Shown here: in pieces, positions 10,921 through 21,308 of the stretch
How positions within the stretch are numbered: position 1 is the stretch's first letter
Layout: every line of letters starts with the position of its first letter
Source of the DNA: Escherichia phage vB_EcoM_WL-3
Sequence record: MT968995.1
Reading direction: 5' to 3' (one strand)
DNA length: 64,000 bases
Notes under the pieces: model-generated
Database searches by the model: none
Seen by the model: the letters and a program-made list of their open reading frames with translations, nothing else
Told to the model about the DNA's origin: nothing
Program-made: the position numbers and the translations under genes

Positions 10921-12432
10921 ATGACTGACATTAAAGTACATTTTTATGATTTTAGTCACGTGAGAATTGATTGTGAAGAAAGTACATTTCATGAACTCCG
11001 TGATTTCTTTAGCTTTGAAGCTGATGGGTATCGTTTTAATCCGAAATACAAATATGGTCACTGGGATGGACGAATCCGTCTTTTAGATTATAATCGCCTT
11101 CTTCCGTTCGGCTTAGTCGGGCAAATTAAAAAGTTCTGTGATAACTTTGGCTATAAAGCCTGGATTGACCCACAAATTAACGAAAAAGAAGAATTATCAA
11201 GAAAAGATTTTGATGAATGGCTTTCTAAATTAGAAATCTATTCAGGAAATAAAAGAATTGAACCGCACTGGTATCAAAAAGATGCAGTGTTCGAAGGATT
11301 AGTTAATCGTCGTAGAATTCTTAATCTTCCAACATCCGCAGGTAAATCTTTAATTCAAGCTTTGCTTGCACGTTATTATTTGGAAAATTATGAAGGTAAA
11401 ATTCTTATCATTGTTCCAACAACTGCTCTGACAACTCAGATGGCTGATGACTTTGTTGACTATCGTTTATTCAGTCATGCAATGATAAAGAAAATTGGTG
11501 GTGGAGCATCAAAAGATGATAAATATAAAAATGATGCACCAGTCGTTGTTGGTACATGGCAAACTGTAGTAAAACAACCAAAAGAATGGTTCTCACAGTT
11601 TGGAATGATGATGAATGATGAATGCCATCTTGCCACAGGAAAAAGTATTTCATCTATCATATCAGGTTTAAATAACTGCATGTTCAAATTTGGTCTATCA
11701 GGTTCATTACGTGATGGCAAAGCTAATATCATGCAGTATGTTGGAATGTTTGGTGAAATATTTAAGCCAGTAACGACTTCTAAATTAATGGAAGATGGAC
11801 AAGTAACTGAGTTAAAAATTAATAGTATTTTTCTTCGCTATCCTGATGAGTTCACTACTAAATTAAAGGGAAAAACTTACCAAGAAGAAATAAAAATTAT
11901 TACTGGGCTCAGTAAAAGAAATAAATGGATCGCTAAATTAGCTATTAAGCTTGCGCAAAAAGATGAAAACGCTTTTGTCATGTTTAAGCATGTATCACAT
12001 GGTAAAGCTATTTTCGATTTAATTAAAAATGAATACGATAAAGTTTATTACGTATCAGGAGAAGTTGATACTGAAACGCGCAATGTAATGAAAACCTTAG
12101 CTGAAAACGGTAAAGGAATAATTATAGTAGCTAGTTATGGTGTATTTTCTACTGGTATTTCAGTTAAAAATCTGCATCACGTTGTTTTAGCGCACGGCGT
12201 TAAATCTAAAATTATTGTATTGCAAACAATAGGTCGTGTATTACGTAAGCATGGTTCTAAAACAATCGCAACGGTCTGGGACCTCATTGATGATTGCGGT
12301 GTTAAGCCAAAATCTGCTAATACGAAAAAGAAATACGTTCATTTGAACTATCTTTTAAAACACGGCATTGATCGTATTCAGCGCTACGCAGATGAAAAAT
12401 TTAATTACGTAATGAAAACAGTTAATTTATAA
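10921..12432 (+). CDS. uvsW: UvsW DNA/RNA helicase (SF2)
   Basis: 503-aa ORF with Walker A (PTSAGKS) and DECH box motifs; matches T4 UvsW. Confidence 0.92.
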   Translation: MTDIKVHFYDFSHVRIDCEESTFHELRDFFSFEADGYRFNPKYKYGHWDGRIRLLDYNRLLPFGLVGQIKKFCDNFGYKAWIDPQINEKEELSRKDFDEWLSKLEIYSGNKRIEPHWYQKDAVFEGLVNRRRILNLPTSAGKSLIQALLARYYLENYEGKILIIVPTTALTTQMADDFVDYRLFSHAMIKKIGGGASKDDKYKNDAPVVVGTWQTVVKQPKEWFSQFGMMMNDECHLATGKSISSIISGLNNCMFKFGLSGSLRDGKANIMQYVGMFGEIFKPVTTSKLMEDGQVTELKINSIFLRYPDEFTTKLKGKTYQEEIKIITGLSKRNKWIAKLAIKLAQKDENAFVMFKHVSHGKAIFDLIKNEYDKVYYVSGEVDTETRNVMKTLAENGKGIIIVASYGVFSTGISVKNLHHVVLAHGVKSKIIVLQTIGRVLRKHGSKTIATVWDLIDDCGVKPKSANTKKKYVHLNYLLKHGIDRIQRYADEKFNYVMKTVNL

Positions 12433-12445
12433 GGGCTTCGGCCCT
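12432..12445 (+). other. UUCG-tetraloop hairpin between uvsW and uvsW.1
   Basis: agggc-ttcg-gccct directly after the uvsW stop, followed by tttGGAGaaaaag ATG. Confidence 0.6.
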
Positions 12446-12457
12446 TTGGAGAAAAAG

Positions 12458-12688
12458 ATGTTACTAGAATTTAAACAATTTCTTTATGAAGCTTCTATTG
12501 ATGAATTCATGGGTAAAATTGCCTCTTGCCAAACATTAGAAGGTCTAGAAGAACTTGAAGCTTATTATAAGAAAAGAGTTAAAGAAACTGAATTAAAAGA
12601 TACTGATGACATCTCAGTTAGAGATGCTTTGGCAGGAAAAAGAGCTGAATTAGAAGATTCAGACGATGAAGTAGAAGAAAGCTTTTAA
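12458..12688 (+). CDS. uvsW.1: UvsW.1 small acidic protein
   Basis: ORF 12446..12688 begins at TTG; the ATG at 12458 with an upstream GGAG gives 76 aa, matching T4 UvsW.1. Confidence 0.8.
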   Translation: MLLEFKQFLYEASIDEFMGKIASCQTLEGLEELEAYYKKRVKETELKDTDDISVRDALAGKRAELEDSDDEVEESF

Positions 12689-12743
12689 ATTAAAAAAGGC
12701 CCAACCAAAAAGGAAGGGCCAAAACTATAGACTAAAGGTCACA

Positions 12744-12911
12744 CTATAGCAAAAGTTGTGTTTCATTTAATTGTTCTTCCGAACTTTCTGAAACTGGTAG
12801 TTCTTTAATGTAATTATAGCAAGGCCCAGGATGTACAGGACCTTTGTCTGTTTCAACAACCAATGCAGAATCGATTGGAGTTTTACAGACAACACAAATC
12901 TTATCTGACAT
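12744..12911 (-). CDS. Small Cys-containing hypothetical protein (about 55 aa; uvsY-upstream ORF)
   Basis: Hand-translated ORF below the 60-aa track cutoff; ATG at 12911..12909 with GAGGAG upstream; protein MSDKICVVCKTPIDS... Confidence 0.45.
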   Translation of the reverse strand: MSDKICVVCKTPIDSALVVETDKGPVHPGPCYNYIKELPVSESSEEQLNETQLLL

Positions 12912-12939
12912 GATTGTCTCCTCTAAATTATATATCTAT

Positions 12940-13164
12940 TTATATAACTCTCATATGCATATCAATGCCCATATCTTTAGAATAAAAATATTCATCAAGA
13001 TATCCGGCAAATTTTCCTTTAATGTAAAGTACATCTTCACCGCATGGGTGGTCAGCCAGGATACGAATATCCTGACGCTTGAGATTATACTTTTTCATTA
13101 AGAATTGAATTTCCGTTTCGAATTCTTCTTCATAATTAAAAGCATCATCAATGCTATATTTCAT
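12940..13164 (-). CDS. Hypothetical protein upstream of uvsY (uvsY.-2-like position)
   Basis: 74-aa ORF whose stop overlaps the uvsY start. Confidence 0.65.
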   Translation of the reverse strand: MKYSIDDAFNYEEEFETEIQFLMKKYNLKRQDIRILADHPCGEDVLYIKGKFAGYLDEYFYSKDMGIDMHMRVI

Positions 13165-13577
13165 TATTTTCCAGCCTCAAATGCTCGCATGTCTTGAATA
13201 TGCTTAATAGCAAATCCACGTGATTTAATAGCATCAAGAGCTCCGCTACAGAAATCTAATAAAATTCCCCAATATTGCAATGAAGTATCAACTTTTAAAA
13301 CGTCCTTATCAGCTGATAGAACTGTCTTCATTTCTGATTTTTCATAACGATCCATACTAAATTCATCACCATCTCCTCGTCCCGAGTAGTAGTCTAATTT
13401 AGCTTTAAGAGCAACTTTTTTCTGTGCTTCAATTCTAAGCATTTCCTTTTTAATACTTGAATGCTTATTAAGCCATTTACTATATAACATCACATTATTA
13501 GCTGCTTCATACTGTAATTTAGTCGAATCTATAAACACATCTTTCTTCAATTCTTCTTGAAGATCTTCTAATTTCAT
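13164..13577 (-). CDS. uvsY: Recombination mediator UvsY
   Basis: 137-aa ORF, length and position match T4 UvsY. Confidence 0.9.
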   Translation of the reverse strand: MKLEDLQEELKKDVFIDSTKLQYEAANNVMLYSKWLNKHSSIKKEMLRIEAQKKVALKAKLDYYSGRGDGDEFSMDRYEKSEMKTVLSADKDVLKVDTSLQYWGILLDFCSGALDAIKSRGFAIKHIQDMRAFEAGK

Positions 13578-13617
13578 ATTGTTCTCTATTCAATTGTTAT
13601 TGGATGGACTTAGATTC

Positions 13618-13643
13618 ATTATACCACGTTTACACGTGAAGCA
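13618..13643 (-). promoter_or_regulatory. Candidate MotA-dependent middle promoter for uvsY
   Basis: Minus-strand aTGCTTCA MotA-box-like motif about 12 bp upstream of TATAAT, just upstream of uvsY. Confidence 0.45.
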
Positions 13644-14042
13644 TTATACTCTATTACTAGAAGCCAGTTGCAGTTTTATCTGCTCAATATCATCAGGGTT
13701 ATCGATGACCGAAAAGCGTATTTCTACTATAAGAGTATAATCATCATAAACTGGTATTACATTAACTGCTAATTTATCAATACGTGGCTCGTAGTTTCTT
13801 ACTGCGCTTTCAATGTTACGCTCAACGGTATCAGCAGTAAGAGGAGTCATATTCTCAAAAAGTTGATCAGATAAATCGCATCCAAATTCTGGGTCAAATG
13901 GTCTTGACCCTTTTCTGGTTGTAATAATTCCCAAAAGGCTATTTTTAATTGACCTTAATCCAAGAGATCTAGAAACATCTTTGTCCCAATCCATTTTCAT
14001 TTCTGGGTCAATGTCAGAATAAAGCTTATTAATATTTGCCAT
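13644..14042 (-). CDS. 25: Baseplate wedge protein gp25
   Basis: 132-aa ORF; TAATG overlap with gene 26 as in T4. Confidence 0.9.
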   Translation of the reverse strand: MANINKLYSDIDPEMKMDWDKDVSRSLGLRSIKNSLLGIITTRKGSRPFDPEFGCDLSDQLFENMTPLTADTVERNIESAVRNYEPRIDKLAVNVIPVYDDYTLIVEIRFSVIDNPDDIEQIKLQLASSNRV

Positions 14043-14668
14043 TACAATAGCTCAAAGAATTCTTTGAGTCCTCTTATTACATGAGCGTGAGATTTTCCAC
14101 ACTCTGGACATTTAATTGGAACAGCCAAATAAACAGTAGGCTTTAAAAGCATATCTTTTATAGCTACAATATCTGACTCTGTGATGATAGAATATAAATC
14201 TTCCAACTCTTTTTCATTTAAGTCTTCAATTGGAATGCTTTCACCGTTAGCATGAATCGTTTCTATACATGATACTATCATGTGGGCTATATTTTTATCA
14301 TCAAAAATTTTAGGGTAATGGAACTTAATTTTAATGTCACCCAGTGTATACCAGAGGTCTTCTGGTGCATCTATTTGTGTATGTAATAGATTTATATGGG
14401 TTGGTATTTCAGTTCCACAGGTGCACTTCCAGGAGTTTTCGTGATTAACTTCTCCAAGAGAATGTGCCCATAAATGAATCAGCAGTAGTTCTGATTCTTG
14501 GCGGTTTAAATCTTTTGCATTTGTACAGTCTTTAATTAGCTTTTTAACGATCTCTTCTACTGAACCGTTCTTTTTAGCAGTAATAAGTTCTAGATATTCT
14601 TTAAGAGTAAATGCACGACAGTTGATTATTTTAGAACCAACTCTCACATCAAATTTGTATTCATACAT
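14042..14668 (-). CDS. 26: Baseplate hub assembly protein gp26
   Basis: 208-aa ORF in the expected position and length. Confidence 0.88.
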   Translation of the reverse strand: MYEYKFDVRVGSKIINCRAFTLKEYLELITAKKNGSVEEIVKKLIKDCTNAKDLNRQESELLLIHLWAHSLGEVNHENSWKCTCGTEIPTHINLLHTQIDAPEDLWYTLGDIKIKFHYPKIFDDKNIAHMIVSCIETIHANGESIPIEDLNEKELEDLYSIITESDIVAIKDMLLKPTVYLAVPIKCPECGKSHAHVIRGLKEFFELL

Positions 14669-14689
14669 ATTTAGCTCCTTTATTTATCA

Positions 14690-14701
14690 TATTTATAAAT
14701 A
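14690..14701. promoter_or_regulatory. Divergent overlapping late promoters (atATTTATAAATAg) for gene 26 (-) and gene 51 (+)
   Basis: TATAAATA on plus at 14694-14701 and its reverse complement at 14690-14697 form a near-palindrome in the 26/51 divergent intergenic region. Confidence 0.55.
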
Positions 14702-14718
14702 GAATAAAAGGAGCATCT

Positions 14719-15468
14719 ATGGCAAACATTATTCGTTGTAAATTACCAGATGGTGTTCATCGTTTTAAACCATTTACGGTAGAAGATTATCGAGATTTTT
14801 TGTTAGTTCGAAACGATATAGAACATCGGTCACCACAAGAACAAAAAGAAATAATTGCTGATTTAATTGCCGATTATTTTGGAGACTATCCGAAGACTTG
14901 GCAGCCATTTATATTTTTGCAGGTATTTGTAGGGTCAATAGGTAAAACTAAAGTACCGGTCACATTTGTATGTCCAAAATGTAAAAAAGAAAAGACAGTT
15001 CCATTTGAAATATATCAAAAAGAATTAAAGGAACCTGTTTTTGATGTAGCTAATGTTAAAATTAAATTAAAGTTTCCTTCTGAGTTTTATGAAAATAAAG
15101 CAAAGATGATTACTGAAAATATTCATTCTGTTCAAGTAGATGAAACATGGTATGATTGGAAGGAAATTAGTGAATCAAGTCAAATAGAACTTGTTGACGC
15201 CATCGAGATAGAAACATTAGAAAAAATTCTCGATGCAATGAATCCTATTAATTTAACGCTACACATGTCATGCTGTGATAAGTATGTAAAAAAATACACT
15301 GATATAGTAGATGTGTTTAAGCTATTAGTTAACCCAGATGAGATATTTACTTTTTATCAAATTAATCACACACTCGTAAAAAGTAATTATAGTTTAAATT
15401 CAATAATGAAAATGATTCCTGCCGAGCGCGGATTCGTATTAAAACTGATTGAGAAGGATAAACAATAA
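14719..15468 (+). CDS. 51: Baseplate hub assembly catalyst gp51
   Basis: 249-aa ORF in the expected position and length. Confidence 0.88.
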   Translation: MANIIRCKLPDGVHRFKPFTVEDYRDFLLVRNDIEHRSPQEQKEIIADLIADYFGDYPKTWQPFIFLQVFVGSIGKTKVPVTFVCPKCKKEKTVPFEIYQKELKEPVFDVANVKIKLKFPSEFYENKAKMITENIHSVQVDETWYDWKEISESSQIELVDAIEIETLEKILDAMNPINLTLHMSCCDKYVKKYTDIVDVFKLLVNPDEIFTFYQINHTLVKSNYSLNSIMKMIPAERGFVLKLIEKDKQ

Positions 15469-16643
15469 TGAGTATGTTGCAACGCCCAGGATATCCAAAT
15501 CTCAGCGTTAAATTGTTTGATAGCTACGACGCTTGGAGAAATAATAGATTTGTTGAATTAGCTGCTACTATTACCACATTAACTATGCGGGATTCTCTTT
15601 ATGGCCGAAATGAAGGAATGCTGCAGTTTTATGATTCTAAAAATATCCATACAAAAATGGATGGAAATGAAATAATTCAGATTTCTGTAGCTAATGCAAA
15701 CGATATTAATAATGTTAAAACAAGAATTTATGGATGTAAGCATTTTTCAGTGTCAGTAGATTCAAAAGGTGATAACATCATTGCTATTGAATTGGGAACT
15801 ATTCATTCTATAGAAAATCTTAAATTTGGCAGACCGTTTTTCCCTGATGCAGGTGAATCTATAAAAGAAATGCTTGGTGTCATTTATCAAGATCGCACAC
15901 TATTAACTCCAGCGATAAATGCTATAAATGCTTATGTTCCTGATATTCCATGGACTAGTACATTTGAAAACTATTTGTCATATGTCAGAGAAGTTGCTCT
16001 AGCTGTAGGAAGTGACAAATTTGTGTTTGTGTGGCAAGACATCATGGGAGTTAACATGATGGACTATGATATGATGATAAATCAAGAACCGTATCCAATG
16101 ATTGTCGGTGAGCCATCTTTAATAGGTCAATTCATCCAAGAATTAAAATATCCATTAGCATATGATTTCGTTTGGTTGACTAAATCGAATCCTCACAAAC
16201 GTGACCCAATGAAAAACGCTACTATCTATGCTCATTCATTTTTGGATTCTTCATTGCCAATGATTACTACAGGAAAAGGAGAAAACTCTATTGTAGTGTC
16301 AAGGTCAGGTGCTTATTCTGAAATGACTTATAGGAATGGATATGAAGAAGCTATTCGTCTTCAAACTATGGCGCAATACGATGGCTATGCTAAATGTTCT
16401 ACTGTCGGTAATTTTAACTTGACACCTGGCGTTAAAATTATTTTTAATGATAGTAAAAACCAATTTAAAACAGAATTTTACGTTGATGAAGTTATCCACG
16501 AATTATCCAATAATAATTCAGTAACTCATCTATATATGTTCACTAATGCAACGAAACTGGAAACAATAGACCCAGTTAAGGTTAAAAATGAATTTAAATC
16601 TGATACTACCACTGAAGAAAGTAGTTCTTCCAATAAGCAATAA
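15468..16643 (+). CDS. 27: Baseplate hub protein gp27
   Basis: 391-aa ORF in the expected position and length. Confidence 0.9.
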   Translation: MSMLQRPGYPNLSVKLFDSYDAWRNNRFVELAATITTLTMRDSLYGRNEGMLQFYDSKNIHTKMDGNEIIQISVANANDINNVKTRIYGCKHFSVSVDSKGDNIIAIELGTIHSIENLKFGRPFFPDAGESIKEMLGVIYQDRTLLTPAINAINAYVPDIPWTSTFENYLSYVREVALAVGSDKFVFVWQDIMGVNMMDYDMMINQEPYPMIVGEPSLIGQFIQELKYPLAYDFVWLTKSNPHKRDPMKNATIYAHSFLDSSLPMITTGKGENSIVVSRSGAYSEMTYRNGYEEAIRLQTMAQYDGYAKCSTVGNFNLTPGVKIIFNDSKNQFKTEFYVDEVIHELSNNNSVTHLYMFTNATKLETIDPVKVKNEFKSDTTTEESSSSNKQ

Positions 16644-17121
16644 AGAAGTTTCTATTCCTAAAATGGGTCTTAAACATTATAACATTTTAAAAGATGTTAA
16701 AGGTCCTGATGAAAATTTAAAACTTCTTATTGATTCTATTTGTCCAAATTTATCACCGGCAGAAGTTGATTTCGTTTCTATTCATTTATTGGAATTTAAT
16801 GGAAAGATTAAATCTCGTAAAGAAATAGATGGTTATACTTATGACATTAATGATGTTTATGTATGCCAAAGATTAGAATTTCAATACCAAGGAAATACAT
16901 TTTATTTTAGACCGCCTGGAAAATTTGAACAATTTTTAACTGTGAGCGATATGTTATCCAAATGCTTGCTTAAGGTCAATGATGAAGTTAAAGAAATTAA
17001 TTTTCTTGAGATGCCAGCATTCGTTTTAAAATGGGCAAATGATATTTTTACAACTTTAGCAATTCCTGGCCCTAATGGTCCAATAACCGGAATTGGCAAT
17101 ATTATTGGATTATTTGAATGA
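16588..17121 (+). CDS. 28: Baseplate hub distal subunit gp28
   Basis: 177-aa ORF overlapping the 3-prime end of gene 27 in another frame. Confidence 0.85.
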   Translation: MNLNLILPLKKVVLPISNKEVSIPKMGLKHYNILKDVKGPDENLKLLIDSICPNLSPAEVDFVSIHLLEFNGKIKSRKEIDGYTYDINDVYVCQRLEFQYQGNTFYFRPPGKFEQFLTVSDMLSKCLLKVNDEVKEINFLEMPAFVLKWANDIFTTLAIPGPNGPITGIGNIIGLFE

Positions 17122-18890
17122 AAAAGCCACAAGAAATGCAAACGATGCGTAGAAAAGTTATTTCAGATAATAAACCAACACAGGAAGCGGCTAAATCCGC
17201 TTCTAACACTTTATCTGGACTTAACGATATATCTACGAAATTGGATGATGCTCAAGCTGCTTCTGAATTAATTGCTCAAACTGTCGAAGAAAAATCGAAT
17301 GAAATAATTGGAGCAATTGACAGTGTAGAAAGCGCAGTGAGTGATACTACTGCTGGTTCTGAGTTAATTGCTGAAACTGTCGAAATTGGCAATAATATTA
17401 ATAAAGAAATCGGTGAATCACTCGGGAGCAAATTAGATAAATTAACAAGTTTACTAGAGCAAAAAATTCAGACAGCTGGAATTCAACAGACTGGAACTAG
17501 TTTAGCCACAGTTGAAAGCGCTATTCCTGTTAAAGTTGTTGAGGACGATACAGCTGAATCTGTGGGTCCTTTATTACCAGCTCCTGAAGCAGTTAATAAT
17601 GATCCTGATGCTGATTTTTTCCCTACCCCTCAGCCAGTTGAGCCCAAACAAGAATCGCCAGAAGAAAAACAGAAAAAAGACGCATTTAACTTAAAATTAT
17701 CTCAAGCTTTAGATAAATTAACAAAGACTGTTGATTTTGGATTTAAGAAATCCATTTCAATTACTGATAAAATATCAAGCATGTTATTTAAGTATACCGT
17801 CAGTGCTGCTATTGAAGCTGCTAAAATGACTGCAATGATATTGGCTGTTGTTGTTGGAATAGATCTGCTGATGGTTCACTTTAAATATTGGTCAGATAAA
17901 TTTTCGCAGGCTTGGGATTTGTTTAGTTCAAACTTTACTAAATTCTCTAGCGAAACCGGAACATGGGGTCCTTTATTACAGAGCATCTTTAGTTCTATTG
18001 ATGAAATTAAAAAATTCTGGGAAGAGGGAGATTGGGGCGGTTTGACGGTAGCTATTGTAGAAGGGCTTGGAAAGGTTCTTTATAATTTAGGAGAACTTAT
18101 TCAGCTTGGAATGGCTAAATTATCTGCTGCAATTCTTCGAGTCATTCCTGGCATGAAGGATACCGCTGATGAAGTAGAAGGAAGAGCGCTAGAAAATTTC
18201 CAAAATTCTACTGGAGCATCTCTCAATAAAGAAGACCAGGAAAAAGTTGCAAATTATCAAGATAAACGAATGAATGGAGACCTTGGTCCAATAGCAGAAG
18301 GACTAGACAAAATTGCGAACTGGAAAACTCGTGCATCTAACTGGATTCGTGGCGTTGATAATAAAGAAGCACTAACTACCGACGAAGAACGTGCAGCAGA
18401 AGAAGAAAAATTAAAGCAACTTTCACCTGAAGAAAGAAAAAATGCTTTAATGAAGGCTAATGAAGCGCGCGCGGCGATGATTCGCTTTGAAAAATATGCT
18501 GATTCGGCTGATATGAGTAAAGACTCAACAGTTAAATCAGTTGAAGCTGCCTATGAAGACCTTAAAAAACGGATGGATGACCCAGATTTAAATAATTCAC
18601 CGGCAGTTAAAAAAGAACTTGCTGCTAGATTTTCTAAAATTGATGCTACTTATCAAGAGCTTAAGAAAAATCAGCCTAACGCCAAGCCTGAAACTTCTGC
18701 TAAATCGCCAGAAGCAAAACAAGTCCAGGTTATTGAAAAGAACAAAGCACAGCAAGCTCCTGTTCAACAAGTATCTCCTTCGATCAATAATACTAATAAT
18801 GTTATTAAGAAAAATACTGTCGTTCATAATATGACACCTGTTACGAGCACGACTGCTCCTGGTGTATTTGATGCGACTGGAGTTAATTAA
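17118..18890 (+). CDS. 29: Baseplate hub / tail length determinator gp29
   Basis: 590-aa ORF in the expected position and length. Confidence 0.9.
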   Translation: MKKPQEMQTMRRKVISDNKPTQEAAKSASNTLSGLNDISTKLDDAQAASELIAQTVEEKSNEIIGAIDSVESAVSDTTAGSELIAETVEIGNNINKEIGESLGSKLDKLTSLLEQKIQTAGIQQTGTSLATVESAIPVKVVEDDTAESVGPLLPAPEAVNNDPDADFFPTPQPVEPKQESPEEKQKKDAFNLKLSQALDKLTKTVDFGFKKSISITDKISSMLFKYTVSAAIEAAKMTAMILAVVVGIDLLMVHFKYWSDKFSQAWDLFSSNFTKFSSETGTWGPLLQSIFSSIDEIKKFWEEGDWGGLTVAIVEGLGKVLYNLGELIQLGMAKLSAAILRVIPGMKDTADEVEGRALENFQNSTGASLNKEDQEKVANYQDKRMNGDLGPIAEGLDKIANWKTRASNWIRGVDNKEALTTDEERAAEEEKLKQLSPEERKNALMKANEARAAMIRFEKYADSADMSKDSTVKSVEAAYEDLKKRMDDPDLNNSPAVKKELAARFSKIDATYQELKKNQPNAKPETSAKSPEAKQVQVIEKNKAQQAPVQQVSPSINNTNNVIKKNTVVHNMTPVTSTTAPGVFDATGVN

Positions 18891-18898
18891 GGAATAAT

Positions 18899-19993
18899 AT
18901 GGCAATTGTTAAAGAAATAACTGCTGATTTAATTAAAAAGTCCGGTGAGAAAATTTCAGCCGGACAGAGTACTAAATCAGAAGTAGCAACTAAAACATAC
19001 ACTGCCCAGTTTCCAACTGGGCGTGCTAGTGGTAATGACACTACAGGGGACTTCCAGGTAACAGATCTATATAAGAATGGATTATTATTTACTGCATACA
19101 ATATGTCATCTAGGGATTCTGGAAGTCTTAGATCGATGAGATCTAACTACTCTTCTTCATCTTCGAGTATTTTACGTACAGCCAGAAACACTATCAGTAA
19201 TACAGTATCAAAACTATCAAATGGATTAATATCAGATAATAATTCAGGAACAATAAGTAAAGCACCTGTTGCAAATATTCTTTTACCAAGATCTAAATCC
19301 GATGTTGATACATCATCACATAGATTTAATGATGTTCAAGAAAGTCTTATCAGCAGAGGTGGAGGTACTGCCACTGGTGTGCTAAGTAATATTGCTTCAA
19401 CTGCAGTATTTGGTGCGCTAGAAAGTATAACGCAAGGTATAATGGCTGATAATAATGAACAGATTTATACGACAGCCAGAAGTATGTATGGTGGTGCTGA
19501 AAATAGAACTAAAGTGTTTACATGGGATTTGACTCCACGTTCAACAGAAGATTTGATGGCTATTATTAATATCTATCAATATTTTAACTATTTTTCTTAT
19601 GGTGAAACGGGCAAATCTCAATATGCTGCTGAAATAAAGGGGTATTTAGATGATTGGTATCGTTCTACGTTAATTGAACCTTTATCTCCGGAAGACGCAG
19701 CTAAAAATAAAACACTATTTGAGAAAATGACATCGAGTTTAACTAACGTTCTAGTAGTTTCAAACCCGACAATTTGGATGGTGAAAAACTTTGGTGCAAC
19801 ATCTAAGTTTGATGGAAAAACGGAAATATTTGGCCCATGCCAAATACAAAGCATCAGATTTGATAAAACACCTAATGGTAACTTTAACGGATTAGCTATT
19901 GCTCCAAACCTCCCTAGTACATTTACTCTTGAGATTACTATGAGAGAAATTATCACGTTAAACCGTGCTTCTTTATATGCGGGGACTTTTTAA
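18899..19993 (+). CDS. 48: Baseplate tail-tube junction protein gp48
   Basis: 364-aa ORF in the expected position and length. Confidence 0.9.
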   Translation: MAIVKEITADLIKKSGEKISAGQSTKSEVATKTYTAQFPTGRASGNDTTGDFQVTDLYKNGLLFTAYNMSSRDSGSLRSMRSNYSSSSSSILRTARNTISNTVSKLSNGLISDNNSGTISKAPVANILLPRSKSDVDTSSHRFNDVQESLISRGGGTATGVLSNIASTAVFGALESITQGIMADNNEQIYTTARSMYGGAENRTKVFTWDLTPRSTEDLMAIINIYQYFNYFSYGETGKSQYAAEIKGYLDDWYRSTLIEPLSPEDAAKNKTLFEKMTSSLTNVLVVSNPTIWMVKNFGATSKFDGKTEIFGPCQIQSIRFDKTPNGNFNGLAIAPNLPSTFTLEITMREIITLNRASLYAGTF

Positions 19994-20958
19994 TGTATTC
20001 TTTAGAGGAATTTAATAATCAAGCAATAAACGCAGATTTCCAACGTAATAATATGTTTAGCTGCGTTTTTGCGACAACTCCATCAACTAAAAGCTCTTCG
20101 TTGATAAGTTCAATTAGCAACTTTTCTTATAATAACTTGGGCCTAAATTCAGATTGGTTAGGATTAACTCAAGGCGATATTAATCAGGGAATTACTACGC
20201 TAATTACTGCTGGCACACAAAAACTGATAAGAAAATCAGGGGTTAGTAAATATCTTATTGGTGCCATGAGTCAACGTACAGTTCAAAGTTTATTGGGCTC
20301 ATTTACAGTTGGTACATATTTAATTGACTTCTTTAACATGGCATATAACTCATCTGGATTGATGATATATTCTGTAAAAATGCCAGAGAATAGATTATCC
20401 TATGAAACTGACTGGAACTATAATTCTCCTAATATTCGTATAACTGGGAGAGAATTAGACCCTTTGGTTATTTCATTTAGAATGGATTCAGAAGCATGTA
20501 ATTATCGTGCAATGCAAGACTGGGTTAACGCTGTTCAAGACCCAGTAACTGGACTGCGCGCTTTGCCACAAGATGTCGAGGCAGATATTCAGGTTAATCT
20601 TCATGCTCGTAATGGATTACCTCATACTGCTGTGATGTTCACCGGATGCATTCCAGTGTCAGTGAGCGCTCCTGAGTTATCATATGATGGAGATAACCAA
20701 ATAACTACATTTGATGTTACTTTTGCGTATAGAGTTATGCAGGCTGGAGCAGTTGATAGACAAGCTGCGCTTGAGTGGCTTGAATCTGCTGCTATAAATG
20801 GCATTCAAAGCGTTCTCGGAAATAGTGGAGGTGTTACTGGACTATCTAATTCGCTTTCACGACTTAGTAGATTAGGAGGAACTGCAGGAAGCATTTCAAA
20901 CATTAATACTATGACGGGAATTGTCAACTCGCAAAGTAAAATATTAGGAGCAATATAA
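19993..20958 (+). CDS. 54: Baseplate tail-tube initiator gp54
   Basis: 321-aa ORF in the expected position. Confidence 0.9.
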   Translation: MYSLEEFNNQAINADFQRNNMFSCVFATTPSTKSSSLISSISNFSYNNLGLNSDWLGLTQGDINQGITTLITAGTQKLIRKSGVSKYLIGAMSQRTVQSLLGSFTVGTYLIDFFNMAYNSSGLMIYSVKMPENRLSYETDWNYNSPNIRITGRELDPLVISFRMDSEACNYRAMQDWVNAVQDPVTGLRALPQDVEADIQVNLHARNGLPHTAVMFTGCIPVSVSAPELSYDGDNQITTFDVTFAYRVMQAGAVDRQAALEWLESAAINGIQSVLGNSGGVTGLSNSLSRLSRLGGTAGSISNINTMTGIVNSQSKILGAI

Positions 20959-20961
20959 CAA

Positions 20962-20981
20962 TGGGGACCGAAAGGTCCCCA
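20962..20981. terminator. Terminator hairpin between gene 54 (+) and the minus-strand alt cluster
   Basis: TGGGGACC-GAAA-GGTCCCCA hairpin followed by tgtttttatt. Confidence 0.7.
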
Positions 20982-20986
20982 TGTTT

Positions 20987-21277
20987 TTATTTACGGAATG
21001 AAATAAAAGCAGCAACTGAAGCAACTAAACTGTCTTCAATATAAACTTCAATTTTTACCGGAGCTTCTGATTCAAATTTACCTGTTACTACACCCTGGAA
21101 AATGCTTTCAGTCTGTTCTGGCTTTGAAAAATTTTCAGAAGGAAAAATTCCGAACTTTTTATTTGTTCCAAAAATTTTGATAAATTCATCATAAACTGCT
21201 TCATTAAAAGCGTTATCAACAGGAATAACGCCTTCAACTACAAGTTCTTGACCTAAAAAGCGTAAAGAAGATTTCAT
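20987..21277 (-). CDS. Hypothetical protein (alt.-3-like position)
   Basis: 96-aa ORF directly downstream of an early promoter. Confidence 0.6.
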   Translation of the reverse strand: MKSSLRFLGQELVVEGVIPVDNAFNEAVYDEFIKIFGTNKKFGIFPSENFSKPEQTESIFQGVVTGKFESEAPVKIEVYIEDSLVASVAAFISFRK

Positions 21278-21308
21278 TTTGTGTTCCTCATGTTATGTCA
21301 GTAAGATT

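Noticed and set aside
17512-18905. Several 60-100-aa ORFs on both strands within gene 29
   Set aside because: Nested in or antisense to gene 29, with Lys/Leu-rich low-complexity sequence typical of out-of-frame AT-rich DNA.
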